This document shows positions 9,134-21,455 of a stretch of 64,000 bases of DNA, in pieces (the stretch's first letter is position 1; each line of letters begins with the position of its first letter). The stretch comes from Verrucomicrobiota bacterium. GTDB lineage: Bacteria; Verrucomicrobiota; Verrucomicrobiia; Limisphaerales; JACRJY01. The stretch spans positions 2,693 to 66,692 of the forward strand of contig JACRJY010000100.1 in assembly GCA_016235585.1 (NCBI GenBank). Direction: 5' to 3'. The translations under genes were made by a program, and so were the position numbers. The notes beneath the pieces are model-generated. The model worked only from the letters and a program-made list of their open reading frames with translations. It did not search any database and was not told where the DNA came from.

Positions 9134-10876
9134 CTACGGGCGGGGCGCGGCGTCGAGCTTTTTCTGGATTTCCGGGCTGGGCTCGACGGCGAGGGATTTC
9201 TGCCAGGCCTCGCGGGCTTCCTTGAAGCGCTTCAACGCGGCCAGCACGTCGCCGAGGTGATCGTAGAGTGTCGCGTCCGCCTCCTTCGTTTTGGCGATGG
9301 ATTTTTGGAGCCACGGGAGCGCCTCACGCGGCTTGCCGAGCTGGTGGAGCACCCAGCCGAGGCTGTCGAGGAACGCGCCGTTGTCCGGCTCCAGCTTCAC
9401 GGCCTTCTCGATCATCTCGCGGGCCTCGATCAAATTCTCGCCGCGCTCGGCCCACATGTAGCCAAGGTAGTTCAGCGCGTCGGCGAAGTCCGGCGCGAGC
9501 TTGAGCGCCTGCCGGAAATAATTTTCCGCCTGCTTGAAATCCTTGTTCCGCTCATGCACCGCGCCGAGCTGGAAGTAAAAACCCTCGTTCAGCCGGTTGG
9601 TCTCGCCGGTGCGCGCGAGCAGCTCGGCGGCGGTGAAATGCTTGAGCGCGCCGGGGTAGTCCTTCATCCCGTTGCACGCGACGGCCGAGTAATACTCGAT
9701 CAGGAAACTGCGGGGAAATTTCTCCTTCGCCTTCGCCAGCAGTTCGAGCGCCTGCGGCCCCTGCTTCTGCGTGAGGCGCACCCCGGCCAGTTCATGGTAG
9801 GCGGCCTCGAACTTCGGATCCAGCCGGATGGCCGTCTCCAGATGGCGGGCGGCCTCGTCGAGCTGCTTGGATTCGTGGGCGACCAGGCCGAGGATGAAGT
9901 GTGCGCGCGCGTCGGTGGGGTTGTCCTTGACCATGGCGCGGAGCATTTCCGCCGCGCGCTCGCGGTCATCCGCGCGCAGATACAAGTCCGTCAGCCGCTG
10001 GCGCAAGAGTTCGTGGACGGGCGAGTCCTTGGCGACGAGCGGCAGGAGCTTGGCGAACTGTTCCGCCGCCTTTTTGGTTTCCCCGGCGAACTGGTAGCCG
10101 TCGCTCAACCGCTGGAGCTGCTGCGGCGTGGGCGCGGCGAGCGGCGCGGCGCGATCCAGCGTGCGGACGATGCGGGGCCTGATCTGCGCGAGGTCATTGG
10201 ACTGCGAGCGCGCGAGGCTGGCGTAGATTTCCGCGAGGTCGAGCAAGTAGTCCGCCTCCGCCGGGGCGGCGCTCGCCGCCTGATCCAGCACGAGCAGCGC
10301 CTCAATGCGCCGGTTTTGCTGGGCGAAAAGCTGGGCGAGATTTTGATAGGCCTGGAGCTGCGCGGGCAGCCGTTCAATCGCCTGAAAGTAGGCGACAATG
10401 GCGGTGTTCGTGCGGCCAGCCTGCGCGTGCGCCACGCCCCGCAACGTGTGGAGCATCCCCGACGCGGCGGGCAGCTTCACCGCCTTGTCGAGCAGCTCGA
10501 GGGCCTTGTCGTAGGCTTTGCCCTGGATCAACTGGCTGGCCACAAGCGCCACGAGCGGCTCGTTTGCCGGGTCGGCCAGCGCGGAGAAGTAATACTGCGC
10601 CACCGCGTTCGCCACGTCGCCCTGCATCTGGTGGCTCAACCCGGCGGAATACCGCGCCATCGCCTCGGCGCGCTGCTCCTGCTGCTCGAAATTGAGACGC
10701 GGCGACGCGGGCGGGCGCGGCCCGGAGAGCGGGTTGAGATCGAAGATGTTCGTCCGCGCAGGCTTGGTGGCGGCGGGCGTTTTGCCGGCGGGGGAACTGG
10801 GCTTCGCCGCCGGCGTGGTGCAGCCGATGGCGAGCAGGACGGCCAGCGCCGCCAGAATAAAGGGGCGAATCAGCAT
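9134..10876 (-). CDS. TPR-repeat lipoprotein
   Basis: Signal/lipobox MLIRPFILAALAVLLAIGC; many TPRs; 'ALNYLGYMWAE...AFLDSLGWV...YDHLGDVL'. Confidence 0.85.
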   Translation of the reverse strand: MLIRPFILAALAVLLAIGCTTPAAKPSSPAGKTPAATKPARTNIFDLNPLSGPRPPASPRLNFEQQEQRAEAMARYSAGLSHQMQGDVANAVAQYYFSALADPANEPLVALVASQLIQGKAYDKALELLDKAVKLPAASGMLHTLRGVAHAQAGRTNTAIVAYFQAIERLPAQLQAYQNLAQLFAQQNRRIEALLVLDQAASAAPAEADYLLDLAEIYASLARSQSNDLAQIRPRIVRTLDRAAPLAAPTPQQLQRLSDGYQFAGETKKAAEQFAKLLPLVAKDSPVHELLRQRLTDLYLRADDRERAAEMLRAMVKDNPTDARAHFILGLVAHESKQLDEAARHLETAIRLDPKFEAAYHELAGVRLTQKQGPQALELLAKAKEKFPRSFLIEYYSAVACNGMKDYPGALKHFTAAELLARTGETNRLNEGFYFQLGAVHERNKDFKQAENYFRQALKLAPDFADALNYLGYMWAERGENLIEAREMIEKAVKLEPDNGAFLDSLGWVLHQLGKPREALPWLQKSIAKTKEADATLYDHLGDVLAALKRFKEAREAWQKSLAVEPSPEIQKKLDAAPRP

Positions 10877-10954
10877 GGTGAAAAGCCCGCGCAGCCCCGG
10901 GTGGCGGGACGGCGCGGGCGGGAAGCCGTCGCGCGGCGGCACGGTTGCCCGCGC

Positions 10955-11056
10955 CTACTTCTGCCAGGTGCGCTTCTTGTGGCGGTTGGCGCGCAGCGCC
11001 TTCCGGCGCTTGTGTTTGTTGATCTTCGCCTTGCGGCGTTTCTTGATGGAACCCAT
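10955..11056 (-). CDS. 33-aa basic protein, bS22/AURKAIP1-COX24-like small ribosomal protein
   Basis: [33 protein letters not shown], between hisG and the TPR gene; below the ORF-track size cutoff. Confidence 0.8.
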   Translation of the reverse strand: MGSIKKRRKAKINKHKRRKALRANRHKKRTWQK

Positions 11057-11076
11057 ATGTCGGTGTCAGCTTGCGG

Positions 11077-11955
11077 TCAGTAGACCACTTTGTTCAAGGG
11101 ATATTCTATGATTCCTTCGGCCCCGGCGGCCTTGAGCGCGGGACTCAGTTCGCGGACGACGTGCTCGTCAATTATCGTCTCGACCGCCACCCAGCCCGGC
11201 TGGCTCAACTGCGAGATGGTCGGGTTGCGCAGCGCGGGCAGTGCGGCCAGCAGGCTCGCGAGGTTTTTCTGCGCGATGTTCATCTTGAGGCCGACCTTGG
11301 CCTCGGCTTCCAGCGCGCCCTTGAGCAGCAGCGCGAGCGTCTCAATCTTCGTGCGCTTCCACGGGTCGCGCCACGCATCGTGATTGGCGACCAGCCGGGG
11401 CGTGCTGGTGAGCAGCGTGTCCACGATGCGGAGCTTGTTCGCGCGCAGCGAGGAGCCGGTCTCGGTGACTTCCACGATGGCGTCCACGAGTTCGTGCGCC
11501 TTCACCTCGGTCGCGCCCCAGGAAAATTCCACCTCGGCCTTCACCTTGTTCTGGCGAAGATAGCGCTTGGTGATGTTCACCACCTCGGTGGCGATGCGTT
11601 TGCCGCGCAAATCTTTCACCGACTTTATCGGCGAATTTTCCGGCACGCACAGCACCCAGCGCGTGGGCTGGCGGGAGATTTTGCTGAAAAGGAATTCGCC
11701 GACCTCGTGAACCTTCGAGCCGTTCTCGATGATCCAGTCGTGGCCCGTGATGCCGGCGTCGAGGTAGCCGTGCTCGACGTAGCGGCTGATTTCCTGCGCG
11801 CGGATGAGGCGGATTTCCATCTCTTCATCGTCCACGTAGGGGATGTAGGAGCGGCTGCTGACCTGGACGTTGAAGCCGGCCTTGGCCATTTTTTCGATGG
11901 TGGCGTCCTGCAGGCTGCCCTTGGGCAGGCCGAGTCGTAAAATCTGTTTCTTCAT
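11077..11955 (-). CDS. hisG: ATP phosphoribosyltransferase, long form
   Basis: 'LGLPKGSL', 'DAGITGHDW', '[24 protein letters not shown]', C-terminal 'PTISQL...LKAAGAEGI'. Confidence 0.95.
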   Translation of the reverse strand: MKKQILRLGLPKGSLQDATIEKMAKAGFNVQVSSRSYIPYVDDEEMEIRLIRAQEISRYVEHGYLDAGITGHDWIIENGSKVHEVGEFLFSKISRQPTRWVLCVPENSPIKSVKDLRGKRIATEVVNITKRYLRQNKVKAEVEFSWGATEVKAHELVDAIVEVTETGSSLRANKLRIVDTLLTSTPRLVANHDAWRDPWKRTKIETLALLLKGALEAEAKVGLKMNIAQKNLASLLAALPALRNPTISQLSQPGWVAVETIIDEHVVRELSPALKAAGAEGIIEYPLNKVVY

Positions 11956-12096
11956 GCAAAAGCGAAGGGAAGGATAATCGGCAAGAAGCCGGGGAAAACA
12001 AGGACGGAATGGCGGGACTTCGCGCCGTGGTTCTGACCGAACGCGAAATGGAGTTTTATGACGGAAGCTCCACGACTGCCTACCGCCGCGCGAACA

Positions 12097-12483
12097 TCAC
12101 CGCGCCGCCAGCTTCAATGCGATCTGCTTCTCCAACTCCGCCGCGAGGTAAACGTCCCCGCCGCCGCGCGCCGTGCGCACCTGCACTTGGATTTCCGACA
12201 CCACGGCATCCACAGACTTCACGCGGACGTAGATCGTCTTGGTGTCCACCTTGCCGATGAGCGAATTGTTGACCGAGTCGTTGGAAACGATGACACCGTT
12301 GGCGGTGATGACATCCCTGGCGGCGGTGAGCAGGTCGCCGACCGCGCGCTCATAGCGACCGGTGACGGTGTCCTTGGTGAGCGGCAGGCCGGCCTTCATG
12401 TTGCCGTCCACCGTCCGCACACAGCCGGTGAACACGACGGAAAGAAGAGCCGCGACGAGTGAGGTAAAAATCATTTTTTTCAT
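12097..12483 (-). CDS. DUF3568-like lipoprotein
   Basis: Lipobox 'VVFTGC'; small alpha/beta domain. Confidence 0.65.
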   Translation of the reverse strand: MKKMIFTSLVAALLSVVFTGCVRTVDGNMKAGLPLTKDTVTGRYERAVGDLLTAARDVITANGVIVSNDSVNNSLIGKVDTKTIYVRVKSVDAVVSEIQVQVRTARGGGDVYLAAELEKQIALKLAAR

Positions 12484-12647
12484 GCGCGCCAATGCAAGCC
12501 CCATTCCAAAACCGCGTCAAGTGTTTCCACGGCCAACTTGCAAACACGGAACGGGAAAGGCGGCGACCGCAACGTCCGTGTAATTTTCATGGCCCGTTAC
12601 CGCGTCCAGTGCCATGATGCTGCCGAATCAAATTCTGTAATCGCGCC

Positions 12648-14096
<1,449 letters not shown>

Positions 14097-14170
14097 CAAA
14101 AAACCGGGTGTCCACGGTCGAATTTATGGCACATTGCCAAAGTCAGAAAGCGAAAGTGAACTGGTTGTCC

Positions 14171-17100
14171 ATGAACTCGCTCATGAATGAGTTTGGTTTT
14201 TGTCTCCGCGCCGCCCGGCCCGCCCTGGCCGCTGGCGTGACGCTGGCGCTGCTTGCGGTGATGCCGACAGCCCGCGCCGCCGCGCCCGTCGAGGCCGAAC
14301 AGCTTTTTGTCCGCCGCGTGTGGCCGATGTTCAAAGAGAAGTGCCTCGCCTGTCACGGCGATGATCCGACGAAGATCAAGGGCGAGTTCAAGATGCTCAC
14401 GCGTGAGCAGACGCTGGCCGGCGGTGAGAGCGGCCGGCCGGCGCTGGTTCCGGACAAACCGGAGGCCAGCCCGCTGTTCATCGCGGTCACGCGCAAGGAC
14501 GAAGACCTCAAGATGCCGCCGAAGGAAAACGACAGGCTCACGGCGGAACAGGTGGATTATCTCAAGGAATGGATCGCCGCCGGCGCGCCGTGGCCCGACG
14601 AGCAGCGCCGCGCGGAACTGGCCAAACTTCCTGACAAGTGGGCGGCGGCGGACGGCGCGACGGTGACGACCAGCGGCGGCCTCTCGCCCGAATGGACGAG
14701 CCGCAAATACAAGCCCGAGGGCCTCTGGGCGTATCAGCCGGTGAAGAAGCCGGCCGTGCCGAGGAGCGGCGACACTCTTGTCGCCGATTAAAAGAAGAAG
14801 AATGACAACGAAGGCGACAAGAGTGTCGCCTCTCCCATTGACGCCTTCATCGTCGCGAAGTGGCCCGCCGGCATGAAGCCCGCCCCACTTGCAAACCGCG
14901 TCACGCTCATCCGCCGCGCGACGTTTGACCTGACGGGGCTGCCGCCCAAGCCGGAGGAGGTTGACAGTTTTCTGAAAGACCCGGTGTCCGATGATAAAGC
15001 GTTCAGCAAAGTCGTCGAGCGCCTGCTCGCCTCGCCGCACTACGGCGAGCGCATGGCGCAGCATTGGCTCGACGTGGTGCGTTACGCGGATTCGAGCGGC
15101 TTTGCCAACGACTACTAGCGCGGCAACTCCTGGCGCTACCGCGACTACGTCGTGCGCGCGTTCAATGCGGACAAGCCATACGATCAATTCATCCGCGAGC
15201 AGCTCGCCGGCGATGAAATCGCCGAGGCACGGCGCAAGAGTGCCAGCACGGCCAGGGTGCTTGATGAAGGCGGGAATACGATTGAGCCGGCATCCGACAG
15301 TGAACTGCTCGTTGCCACCGGCTTTCTCCGCATGGGGCCGTGGGAACTCACCGGCATGGAGGTCGCCAAGGTTGCCCGCCAGCGGTTCCTCGACGACGTG
15401 GCCAACAGCGTCGGCGAAACTTTCCTCGCGCACTCGCTCCAATGCGCCCGCTGCCATGACCATAAGTTCGACCCGGTGCCGACGCGCGATTACTACTCGC
15501 TGCAAGCCGTGTTCGCGACGACACAGCTCAGCGAACGGCCCGCGCCGTTTCTGCCGAACGAAAATACCGGCGGCTTCGAGGAGAAAAAATATCTGGAGGC
15601 GCGCCGAGTGGAATATCTCGCAACGTTGCAGCGACTCGACGACACGCTGGTGAAGAATGCAGAGCGCTGGTTTGCGGAGAAGGGCATTGATCCCGCGAAG
15701 TGGAACGCCGCCGTCGCCCAGGCGCGGACGCAGGAGCGCGGCGCGGGCGGCAAGAAGCGGCGCGAGTTCGAGGGGGTGTTCAACACCGCGCGCGGCATCC
15801 TCACGAAACAGGGCGTGGCCGAGGACCAGTTTCCGCCCAAGCTCGTCGGCTTCACCCCGCAGGACTACGGCAACGAGCGCGTCGCGCGCAAGGGACTCGA
15901 ACGCCTCAAGTGGGAGCTGGACCGCTACGAACCGTTCGCGCTCGCGGTTCACGGCGGTCGCACGCCGGACGTGAAATCGGTGAACGCGCCGATTCGCATG
16001 CCGGCCAACCGCATGAGCGAGGGCGAACTTGAACAGACTTGCATCCTCACGGGCGGCGACCCGTTTGCGACCGGGCAGAAGGTGAAACCCGGCGTGCTCA
16101 GTGTAATTGGCGGGGTGCAGAAAACGCCCATCCCCGACGCCATCGAAGGCCGCCGCAAGGCGTTTGCCGACTGGGTCGCGAGCGCGGAGAATCCACTTAC
16201 GACACGCGCCATCGCAAATCGGATCTGGCTCTGGCATTTCGGCCAACCCATCGCGGGGAATCCGAACAACTTCGGCAGCACGGGTAAAAAACCCACGCAT
16301 CCCGAACTGCTCGACTGGCTGGCGGCGACATTCGTCGAGCAGGGCTGGTCCTTCAAGGCGATGCACCGGCTCATCATGAGTTCCGAGGCGTATCGCCGCT
16401 CCGCCAATTTCCCCGACGGGAAAAATCTCGCGGAAAAAGATCCGAACGGCACGAGCTACGCGGTCTTCAAACCGCGCCGGCTCTCGGCGGAGGAACTGCG
16501 GGACTCGATGCTCGCCGCCACCGGCGAATTGAACCCGACACTCGGCGGCATTCCGAATCGTCCGGAGATCAATCTCGAAGCCGCGCTCCAACCGCGGCAG
16601 GTCATGGGCACGTTCGCCAACGCGTGGACGCCGAACCCGAAGCCGGAGCAGCGCCATCGCCGCTCCCTCTACGCGCTCCGGATTCGCGGACTGCCCGACC
16701 CGTTCCTCGAAGTGTTCAACAATCCCGCGCCGGATTTCTCGTGCGAGAATCGCTCCGCCTCGACCGTTACGCCGCAAGTGTTCAGCCTCTTCAACGGCCG
16801 GGCCAGCTATGACCGCGCACTCGCGCTCGCCCATCGCGCGATGAAGGAAACTAAGTCCGATGAAGCCGCGCTCACGCTTTGCTTCCAACTCGCCTACGGC
16901 CGCGCGCCGCGCGCGGATGAACTCGCGGCCTGCCTCACCCACTGGCGCGCGATGGAGTCGAAGCAGAATTCCACGAAGGTCGAACCACTCAAGCCGCCGC
17001 TCGAAGTGAAGCGCGAGGCCGTGGAGGAAAACACTGGCGAGAAATTCACGTTCAACGAGAAGCTCGAGGCCTACGCCGAGTTCGTCCCCGACCTCCAGCC

Positions 17101-17185
17101 CGTCTCCGTGGACGCCCGCACCCGCGCGCTGGCGGACGTGTGCCTCGTGCTCTTCAACACGAACGAGTTTGCGTATGTTTATTAA
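14171..17185 (+). pseudogene. Planctomycete cytochrome c + DUF1549/DUF1553 (PSD1) protein with two in-frame stops
   Basis: Three track ORFs (14033, 14873, 15152) share one frame; stops TAA 14789-14791 and TAG 15116-15118. CLACH and CARCH motifs; 'LIRRATFDLTGLPP', 'YGERMAQHWLDVVRYADS', 'PTHPELLDWLA'. Confidence 0.85.
14763..14835. repeat. REP-doublet-like inverted repeat inside the PSD1 gene
   Basis: GGAGCGGCGACACTCTTGTCGCC (14763-14785) and its inverted copy (14813-14835), 22/23 match; each arm is itself a hairpin. Confidence 0.85.
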
Positions 17186-18617
17186 ACCCTTCTTCCCCTG
17201 TGCCGGTGCCCGCGCGCTGCACGCGCCGACGCGCCGCGAGTTCATCTACAGTCTGGGCACGAGCCTGGGCAGCGTGGCGTTCACCGCGATGATGGCGCGC
17301 GATGCGAGCGCGGCGGAGAAGATCAGCCCGCTCGCACCGAAGGCCGGACATCTTCCCGCGAAGGCGAAGAGCTGCATCTTCCTGATGATGGAGGGCGGGC
17401 CGTCGCACATCGACACGTTTGACCCGAAGCCGGAGCTGGAGAAGCAGCACCTCAAGGAATTCGTGCGCGAGGGGAAGCAGAAGTCCGCGATGGAAAGCGG
17501 CAAGCGCTACTACGTGAAAAGCCCGTTCAAGTTCCGCAAGGCCGGTCAGAGCGGCGCGGACATGGCGGAGAACTGGGAGCACCTCGCAAAGGTCGCCGAC
17601 GAGATCTGTTTCTGGCGCGGCTGCCAGGTGGACTCGGTGAATCATCCGACTGCGATGTATCAGATGAATTGCGGCAACCGCTTCGGCGGCGACCCGGGCC
17701 TCGGCGCGTGGGTGAACTACGGCCTCGGCTCGGTGAACCAGGATTTACCCGGCTTCATTGTGCTACCGGAGGTGTCGTATCCGCAGGGCGGCGCGGCGAA
17801 TTGGAGCAATGGCTATCTCCCCGCGAGCTTTCAGGGCACGCCGCTGCGCGCGAAAGGCTCGCCCATTCTCGACCTCACGCCGCCCGCCGGCATCACGCCG
17901 GAACATCAGCGCGCCAATCTCGACCTGCTCGCCAAGCTCAACATCGCGCACGCGGCGCAGCATCCCGGCCACGACGAACTCGCCGCGCGCATGGACAATT
18001 ACGAACTCGCCTTCCGCATGCAGATGCAAGTGCCGGAGACACTCGACCTCTCGAAGGAAGACGCGAAGACCAAGGAGAGCTACGGCATCGGCAAGGACGC
18101 GACGGATTCGTTCGGCCGCAAATGTCTCCTCGCGCGCAAGCTTGTCGAGAAAGGCGTGCGCTTCATCCAGCTCTACAACGGCACGTGGGACAGTCACGAT
18201 TACATCGAACGCGCCCACGGCAATCTCGTCCGCGGCGTTGACCAACCCATCGCCGCGCTCATCGCCGACCTCAAACAGCGCGGCCTGCTCGACAGCACGC
18301 TCCTCGTGTGGTGCGGCGAGTTCGGCCGCACGCCCGACAACGGCGTGCGCGGCGGCACCGCCTACGGCCGCGACCACAACCCGAACGCGATGACCATCTG
18401 GCTCGCCGGCGGCGGTTGCAAAGCGGGCACCACGCTCGGCATGACCGACGACCTCGGCATGGCCGCCGTTGAAGGCAAAGCGCACGTCCGCGATTTCCAT
18501 GTCACGCTGCTGCGCCTGCTCGGCCTCGATGACAACAAACTCACCTACTACCATGCCGGTCGGTTCAAGCAGCTCTCGCAATTTGGCGGCCAGGTCATCA
18601 AGGACCTCATCGCTTGA
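17169..18617 (+). CDS. DUF1501 family protein (Tat-like signal)
   Basis: 'TRREF', 'FLMMEGGPSHIDTFDPKP', 'CLLARKLVEKGVRF', 'WDSH', 'GEFGRTP', 'GRDH'. Confidence 0.92.
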   Translation: MRMFIKPFFPCAGARALHAPTRREFIYSLGTSLGSVAFTAMMARDASAAEKISPLAPKAGHLPAKAKSCIFLMMEGGPSHIDTFDPKPELEKQHLKEFVREGKQKSAMESGKRYYVKSPFKFRKAGQSGADMAENWEHLAKVADEICFWRGCQVDSVNHPTAMYQMNCGNRFGGDPGLGAWVNYGLGSVNQDLPGFIVLPEVSYPQGGAANWSNGYLPASFQGTPLRAKGSPILDLTPPAGITPEHQRANLDLLAKLNIAHAAQHPGHDELAARMDNYELAFRMQMQVPETLDLSKEDAKTKESYGIGKDATDSFGRKCLLARKLVEKGVRFIQLYNGTWDSHDYIERAHGNLVRGVDQPIAALIADLKQRGLLDSTLLVWCGEFGRTPDNGVRGGTAYGRDHNPNAMTIWLAGGGCKAGTTLGMTDDLGMAAVEGKAHVRDFHVTLLRLLGLDDNKLTYYHAGRFKQLSQFGGQVIKDLIA

Positions 18618-18663
18618 GGAGAGTGAATTTCCTCCCGGTTGCTTCACGTCTCTTTCCACCATC

Positions 18664-19989
18664 ATGAGAATCGTCATCATCCTGTTTGCGTTGCTGTCCC
18701 TCCACGCCGCCATTCATTCCGCCGAGTGGCCGCAGTGGCGCGGGCCGGATGGCCAGGGTCACGCCAAAGCTGCCGGGCTTCCGGCAAATTTCAGCGAGTC
18801 GCAGAATGTCGCGTGGAAGACGGAAATCCCCGGGCGCGGCTGGTCGTCGCCGGTGATTGATGGCCGCCAAGTCTGGCTGACCACCGCCGTCGAAACCGAG
18901 GCGAAGCCCGAAGACGCGCAGCGCCGGCTCAAGACGAACACCGGCGACCAGCCGCTGACGCTTTTGGAAAAGGTTGAGTTGCGCGCGGTGTGCGTGGATC
19001 GCGACAGCGGGAAACTGCTCCACAACATTTTGCTGCTCACCGCGCGCGAGCCGCAGTGGGTTCACCGGCTCAACAGTTACGCTTCGCCCACGCCGGTGCT
19101 CGACGGCGGAAAACTCTACGCCCACTTCGGCGCGCTTGGCACCGCCTGCCTCGACACGCGCACCGGCAAAGTGTTGTGGATGAGCACGAGCGTCGTGGTG
19201 ATGCACGAGAATGGCCCCGGCAGCTCACCGATCCTCTGGCAGGACAAGCTCATCTTCCACATGGACGGCAGCGACCGGCAGTTCATCGCCGCGCTCGACA
19301 CGCGCACGGGCAAGCCTGCGTGGCGAACCGAGCGCAGCGGCGAAATGAATCCGCGCGGACAGCAGCGCAAATGCTACGGCACGCCGCTCGTGCTGGAGGT
19401 GAACGGCAAGCCACAGGTTATTTCGCCCGCCGCCGACTGGGTCTACGGCTACGAACCCGCGACGGGCAGGGAGCTGTGGAAAATTCCCTACGGCCAGCTC
19501 GGCTTTTCGATCACGCCGCGGCCCGTCGCCGGGCACGGGATGATTTTCATGAGCACCGGCTTCGGCAAAAAGCAGATGCTTGCCATCAAATACGCCGGCC
19601 TGCCCGCTCCCGAAATCGCGTGGCGCTACACCAAGGGCATCCCAACCCTGCCCTCGCCGCTGCTCACCGGCAGCGAACTGATCTTCGTGGACGACGGCGG
19701 ATTTGTGACGTGCCTCGACGCGCTCACCGGCAGGGAACATTACCGCGAACGCCTCGCCGGCAACTTCAGCTCCTCGCCCATTCTCGCCGACGGGAAAATC
19801 TACATCGGCAACCGCGAGGGCGCGGTCTTCGTGTTCGCGCCGGGCCGGGAGTTCAAGCTGCTCGCCAAGAACCAGCTCGACTCCGGTGTGATGGCGACTC
19901 CGGCGGCGGTGGATCGCGCGCTGTTCATCCGCACGGAAAAGGGATTGTTTCGCCTGGAGAACAAAAGCAGCGCGACGGCGGCGAATTGA
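18664..19989 (+). CDS. Secreted PQQ-like beta-propeller protein
   Basis: Signal peptide; 'EWPQWRGP', '[14 protein letters not shown]', repeated 'TG..LW'. Confidence 0.88.
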   Translation: MRIVIILFALLSLHAAIHSAEWPQWRGPDGQGHAKAAGLPANFSESQNVAWKTEIPGRGWSSPVIDGRQVWLTTAVETEAKPEDAQRRLKTNTGDQPLTLLEKVELRAVCVDRDSGKLLHNILLLTAREPQWVHRLNSYASPTPVLDGGKLYAHFGALGTACLDTRTGKVLWMSTSVVVMHENGPGSSPILWQDKLIFHMDGSDRQFIAALDTRTGKPAWRTERSGEMNPRGQQRKCYGTPLVLEVNGKPQVISPAADWVYGYEPATGRELWKIPYGQLGFSITPRPVAGHGMIFMSTGFGKKQMLAIKYAGLPAPEIAWRYTKGIPTLPSPLLTGSELIFVDDGGFVTCLDALTGREHYRERLAGNFSSSPILADGKIYIGNREGAVFVFAPGREFKLLAKNQLDSGVMATPAAVDRALFIRTEKGLFRLENKSSATAAN

Positions 19990-20020
19990 AGGCCCACCCG
20001 CGCCGGGTGCGGCCCAAAAG

Positions 20021-20731
20021 TCACGCCGCCTTCGCCGCCGGCTTTTCCAGCAGCGCGGCAATCATGCTCTCGAAGATGAACCGTCCGTCCGCGCTGCCGA
20101 GGATTTCCTCGCTGGCGCGGTCGGGATGCGGCATGAGACCGGCCACGTTGCGGCGCTCGTTGCAGAGGCCGGCGATGTTCAGCAGCGAGCCGTTCGGATT
20201 CGAGGTTTCGGTCAACTCGCCTTTTGCATCGCAGTATTGCCAGAGGATTTGATGGTTCGACTTCAGCCCGGCGAGCGTGGCTTCGTCGGCGAAGTAGCAG
20301 CCCTCACCGTGCGCGATGGGGATTTTCAGCAGCTTGTCGCGCGGAATTTTGCACGTGAACGGCGAGTCGAAGCTCGCGGTCTTGAGGAACACCTGCTCGC
20401 AGTGAAACTGGAGATCGCGGTTGCGGATGAGCGCGCCGGGCAGCAGCCCCGCCTCGCAGAGAATCTGGAAGCCGTTGCAGATGCCGAGCACCAGCCCGCC
20501 GTGGTCGGCGAACTGCTTCACCGCCTGCATCACCGGGCTGAAGCGCGCGATGGCCCCGCAGCGCAAATAATCTCCGTAGCTGAAGCCGCCGGGCACGATG
20601 ACGGCGTCGGCGGCACCGAGCGAAGTCTCCTTGTGCCAGACGAGGCCGCTGGTGTGGCCGAGCACGCGCACGGCGTGGACGCAATCCTGGTCGCAGTTGC
20701 TGGCGGGAAATTGGAGGACGACGAAGTGCAT
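20021..20731 (-). CDS. purQ: FGAM synthase glutaminase subunit
   Basis: 'FPASNCD', '[11 protein letters not shown]', 'GICNGFQ', 'AHGEG', 'NPNGS', 'MPHPDR'. Confidence 0.95.
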   Translation of the reverse strand: MHFVVLQFPASNCDQDCVHAVRVLGHTSGLVWHKETSLGAADAVIVPGGFSYGDYLRCGAIARFSPVMQAVKQFADHGGLVLGICNGFQILCEAGLLPGALIRNRDLQFHCEQVFLKTASFDSPFTCKIPRDKLLKIPIAHGEGCYFADEATLAGLKSNHQILWQYCDAKGELTETSNPNGSLLNIAGLCNERRNVAGLMPHPDRASEEILGSADGRFIFESMIAALLEKPAAKAA

Positions 20732-20742
20732 TTCAAATTTTT

Positions 20743-20809
20743 GATTTACGATTTACGATTTACGCGCGAATCCGCAAGAGCCTCGTCAATCGCATATCGC
20801 ATATCGCAA
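20743..20809. repeat. Inverted pair of 7-bp tandem repeats between purS and purQ
   Basis: (GATTTAC)x3 at 20743-20763 and ATCGCAT-ATCGCAT-ATCGCAA at 20789-20809. Confidence 0.8.
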
Positions 20810-20815
20810 ATTCAC

Positions 20816-21058
20816 TCACTCGATTTCCAGCCGGTAATCCTCGATCACCGGGTTGCTCAAAAACTTGTGTGCCGCCTCATTGAGCGCGGCGTGCGCGGCG
20901 GCCTTGTCCGTGCCGGGCGCGAGGTCAATTTCCAGATACTTGCCCACGTGGACGCCGGTCACGCCGGTGTAGCCCATGTGCGCGAGCGCGCTCTGCACCG
21001 TCTTGCCCTGCGGATCGAGCACGGCCTTTTTCGGAGTGATGATGATCTTTGCTTTCAT
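20816..21058 (-). CDS. purS: FGAM synthase PurS subunit
   Basis: 'VLDPQGKTV...GKYLEI...FLSNPVIEDY'; ATG at 21058. Confidence 0.95.
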   Translation of the reverse strand: MKAKIIITPKKAVLDPQGKTVQSALAHMGYTGVTGVHVGKYLEIDLAPGTDKAAAHAALNEAAHKFLSNPVIEDYRLEIE

Positions 21059-21235
21059 GTCGGGGCGGGTGTCCCGCCAAAGTCCGGCGATGTTGGGGAA
21101 AGCAGGCCGGGCGCGCGAGCAGTTTTTTTTTGAGCTTTCCTCCACCCTTTCGAGAAATGAAATTCAACCGCCTCATGAACTAGCCGCCAACCCGAGGATT
21201 GGAGGCCGCTTTGCGTGCCGATCAGTCCCCTCGCC

Positions 21236-21272
21236 CCGGCCCTTCCCTTCCGAGGAGGAAGGGAAGGGCCGG
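21236..21272. repeat. Perfect 16-bp hairpin in a divergent intergenic region
   Basis: CCGGCCCTTCCCTTCC-GAGGA-GGAAGGGAAGGGCCGG. Confidence 0.8.
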
Positions 21273-21455
21273 CGGATTTCACCGAAAACAGCGGGAAACC
21301 GGAAATCACCGGCGCATTTTTCGGTTGCCGCCAGTTGCCGCGGCGCGGCACGCTCGATCCCGTTGCCATGATGAATATGCCGCGCCACGCGCCAGTCCGC
21401 TTTGTTGGTTCCATGCTGCGTCGCACTAACACATAAAGTCAGCCGTTTTTCTCCC

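Noticed and set aside
14789-15118. Stop-codon reassignment or pyrrolysine readthrough
   Set aside because: Two different stops are involved, and TAA and TAG end conserved genes normally elsewhere (ilvB TAA, coaC TAG).
21060-21230. Purine/ZTP riboswitch upstream of purS
   Set aside because: No recognisable aptamer consensus by eye; an Rfam scan would be decisive.
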